Assembly: GCF_023055435.1 (NCBI RefSeq)
Contig: NW_025964223.1
Coordinates: 58,466,001 to 58,530,000 of the forward strand
Direction: 5' to 3'
Source: Haliotis rufescens
Taxonomy: Eukaryota
DNA length: 64,000 bases
Shown here in pieces: positions 62,413 through 64,000 of this stretch; positions within the stretch are counted from its first letter, which is position 1, and each line of letters begins with the position of its first letter. The position numbers and the translations under genes were made by a program. The notes below the pieces were generated by a model. That model was not told where the DNA came from. It saw only the letters and a program-made list of their open reading frames with translations, and searched no databases.

Positions 62413-64000
62413 GTAACCGGGGCCCGAATTATCGACAAAGTGTCATAATAGGTAAACAATTCCGTATGATCGAAAGATCTATAAGTTTACCGTATGAACT
62501 GTGGCCCCACATAGATTCACAGAATCCTTTCAGCTGAGATCTAATCCTTACCAACATGTGTGCGTCTCACTGGAAGAAAAGAAACATTCAATCGCTGAGA
62601 ACGCGGCGGACGGGCTTTCAAATCACCATTAATTGTCCACACAAATAGCTTATCGACAATTTGGAAACTTTCCAAACGTCGAAGGCTCCGGGAGTCTATT
62701 TTAAGTTTGGCCATATAAAGTGTTGTCATCTCTTGAAAGATTTATTACTTTCATTCGGAAAAGTCTCCCAAGATGTTCGTGCTCGCAAAGTAAACAATGA
62801 TCAATAATAAACAGCCACCCTCGGAAAAAAGGGTCAGTAATTAATCTCGGAAACAGAGCAACCAGACAATGTTCAAACTTTGTCGTCGAGTTGGGAAACG
62901 TAAGGTAGCCATTGTTAGTCCTATTTTTGTATATGGTTATATGGATGAGCGTGCAACCAGTATCGTAACCCTACTGCCTGTCCCTACCCCCACCCCACAC
63001 AGACTTGCGTCACAAGCGATACGCTTATCGTTTCCTTTACAACTGGGAATACGGGAGACGAAGCTTGTTTAACCCCTGAGATTCCATATAAGGACATTAT
63101 GTCATAAATTAAACATCCTTATTCCGACATTTCCGTGTCTAGGTCTTTGGCATATATATTGTGAAGTAATTACGGATGAATATCTGTATGTACGCCAAGC
63201 AGCAGATCTAACTGCCCATCACGCCCCGTCCTCGTGACTTGACTCACAGCCTCGTTCTGGGCAGGTCTGCTATCTAGCCGCCGCCATTGTTGTAATCGTT
63301 AATACATATACATATAGGCGTGGTTCCTCGTTAAAGGCATAGCGTTGGCCATTATATCTCAAAATAATAAGAACATATCAGCAAATAAATGTCTCAGTCG
63401 TATTCTTAGCTATTATTCACTGAATTAGAGTCACAGTTCACAGTATACACCATACATATGTTGAGTACTGTCATTAAGCTTAAGTAGGCAGCATGACTCC
63501 CTATAGTTGTTTGGAAAAGCGTACGGCCTTTTCACACAGCATTGTGATGATACGTACGTACATGGCGAACTCAAGGCTGTACGTGTACGAAGTGAACTTT
63601 CCACAGATATATCCACAAAGGATACTTTTTGTGCGGACGTAATCTGGTACACAATGGCTTGTTATGATATGTGATGCGCCTGTCGTGTATATACATGCAT
63701 TATACACATTGTGTAATTGCCCCCAAGGATATGTCAGTCAAGATTACGTAAACCAGATCGTGACAGAAATATTGCCGTCCTAATAAACTCACAAATTACT
63801 TATCAAGTGCACTCTAAAAATAGACTGGATGACGAATCCGCCTTGTGTTTGCAGCTGAACTGATATCTCAGTCGACCCGACTCAAGATAACCGTTGTGCG
63901 TTGGTTCCTGAATGTGGGTCAACGTGTACCCAAGCTCGCTTGAACCAGTGGTTATTTAACGTGTGGTTGTCGATTGAGGAAGACACCACGAACAGGAGAG

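Noticed and set aside
60533-64000. Ferritin B exon 2
   Set aside because: No YFDRDDVAL-like coding segment seen; intron 1 runs past the window end.

Overview
Repeat-rich eukaryotic scaffold DNA with four N-gaps, most likely from a gastropod mollusc (the second ferritin N-terminus and the SINE types suggest abalone, Haliotis; this is inference). Only two host protein genes can be supported, both ferritins on the + strand about 26 kb apart. Ferritin A (CDS 30627-34277, 4 exons, 171 aa, intact) has lost most ferroxidase ligands (E25L, E59K, E60K, H63F, Q139E), in a pattern that parallels the vertebrate L chain. It keeps a cap-proximal iron-responsive element (IRE) and has three tandem metal-response-element (MRE) cores in its promoter. 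Ferritin B (exon 1 only, 60428-60532; the rest lies beyond the window) looks like canonical soma/H-type ferritin, with a textbook IRE and E-box/CRE/ARE/TATA motifs. The rest is mobile and repetitive DNA: five SINE-like families (about 35 copies), Penelope-like RT fragments, a solo Penelope-type repeat with a minimal hammerhead motif, a dead Tc1 element, MITEs, fold-back hairpin elements and many mini/microsatellites. Almost all long ORFs in the supplied track are artefacts of tandem repeats or gaps. Best candidates for new biology: (1) an independently evolved H/L-like, iron- and possibly metal-regulated ferritin pair; (2) a headless SINE whose copies start exactly at a pseudoknotted RNA domain; (3) fold-back elements with conserved CTCG mismatch spacing.
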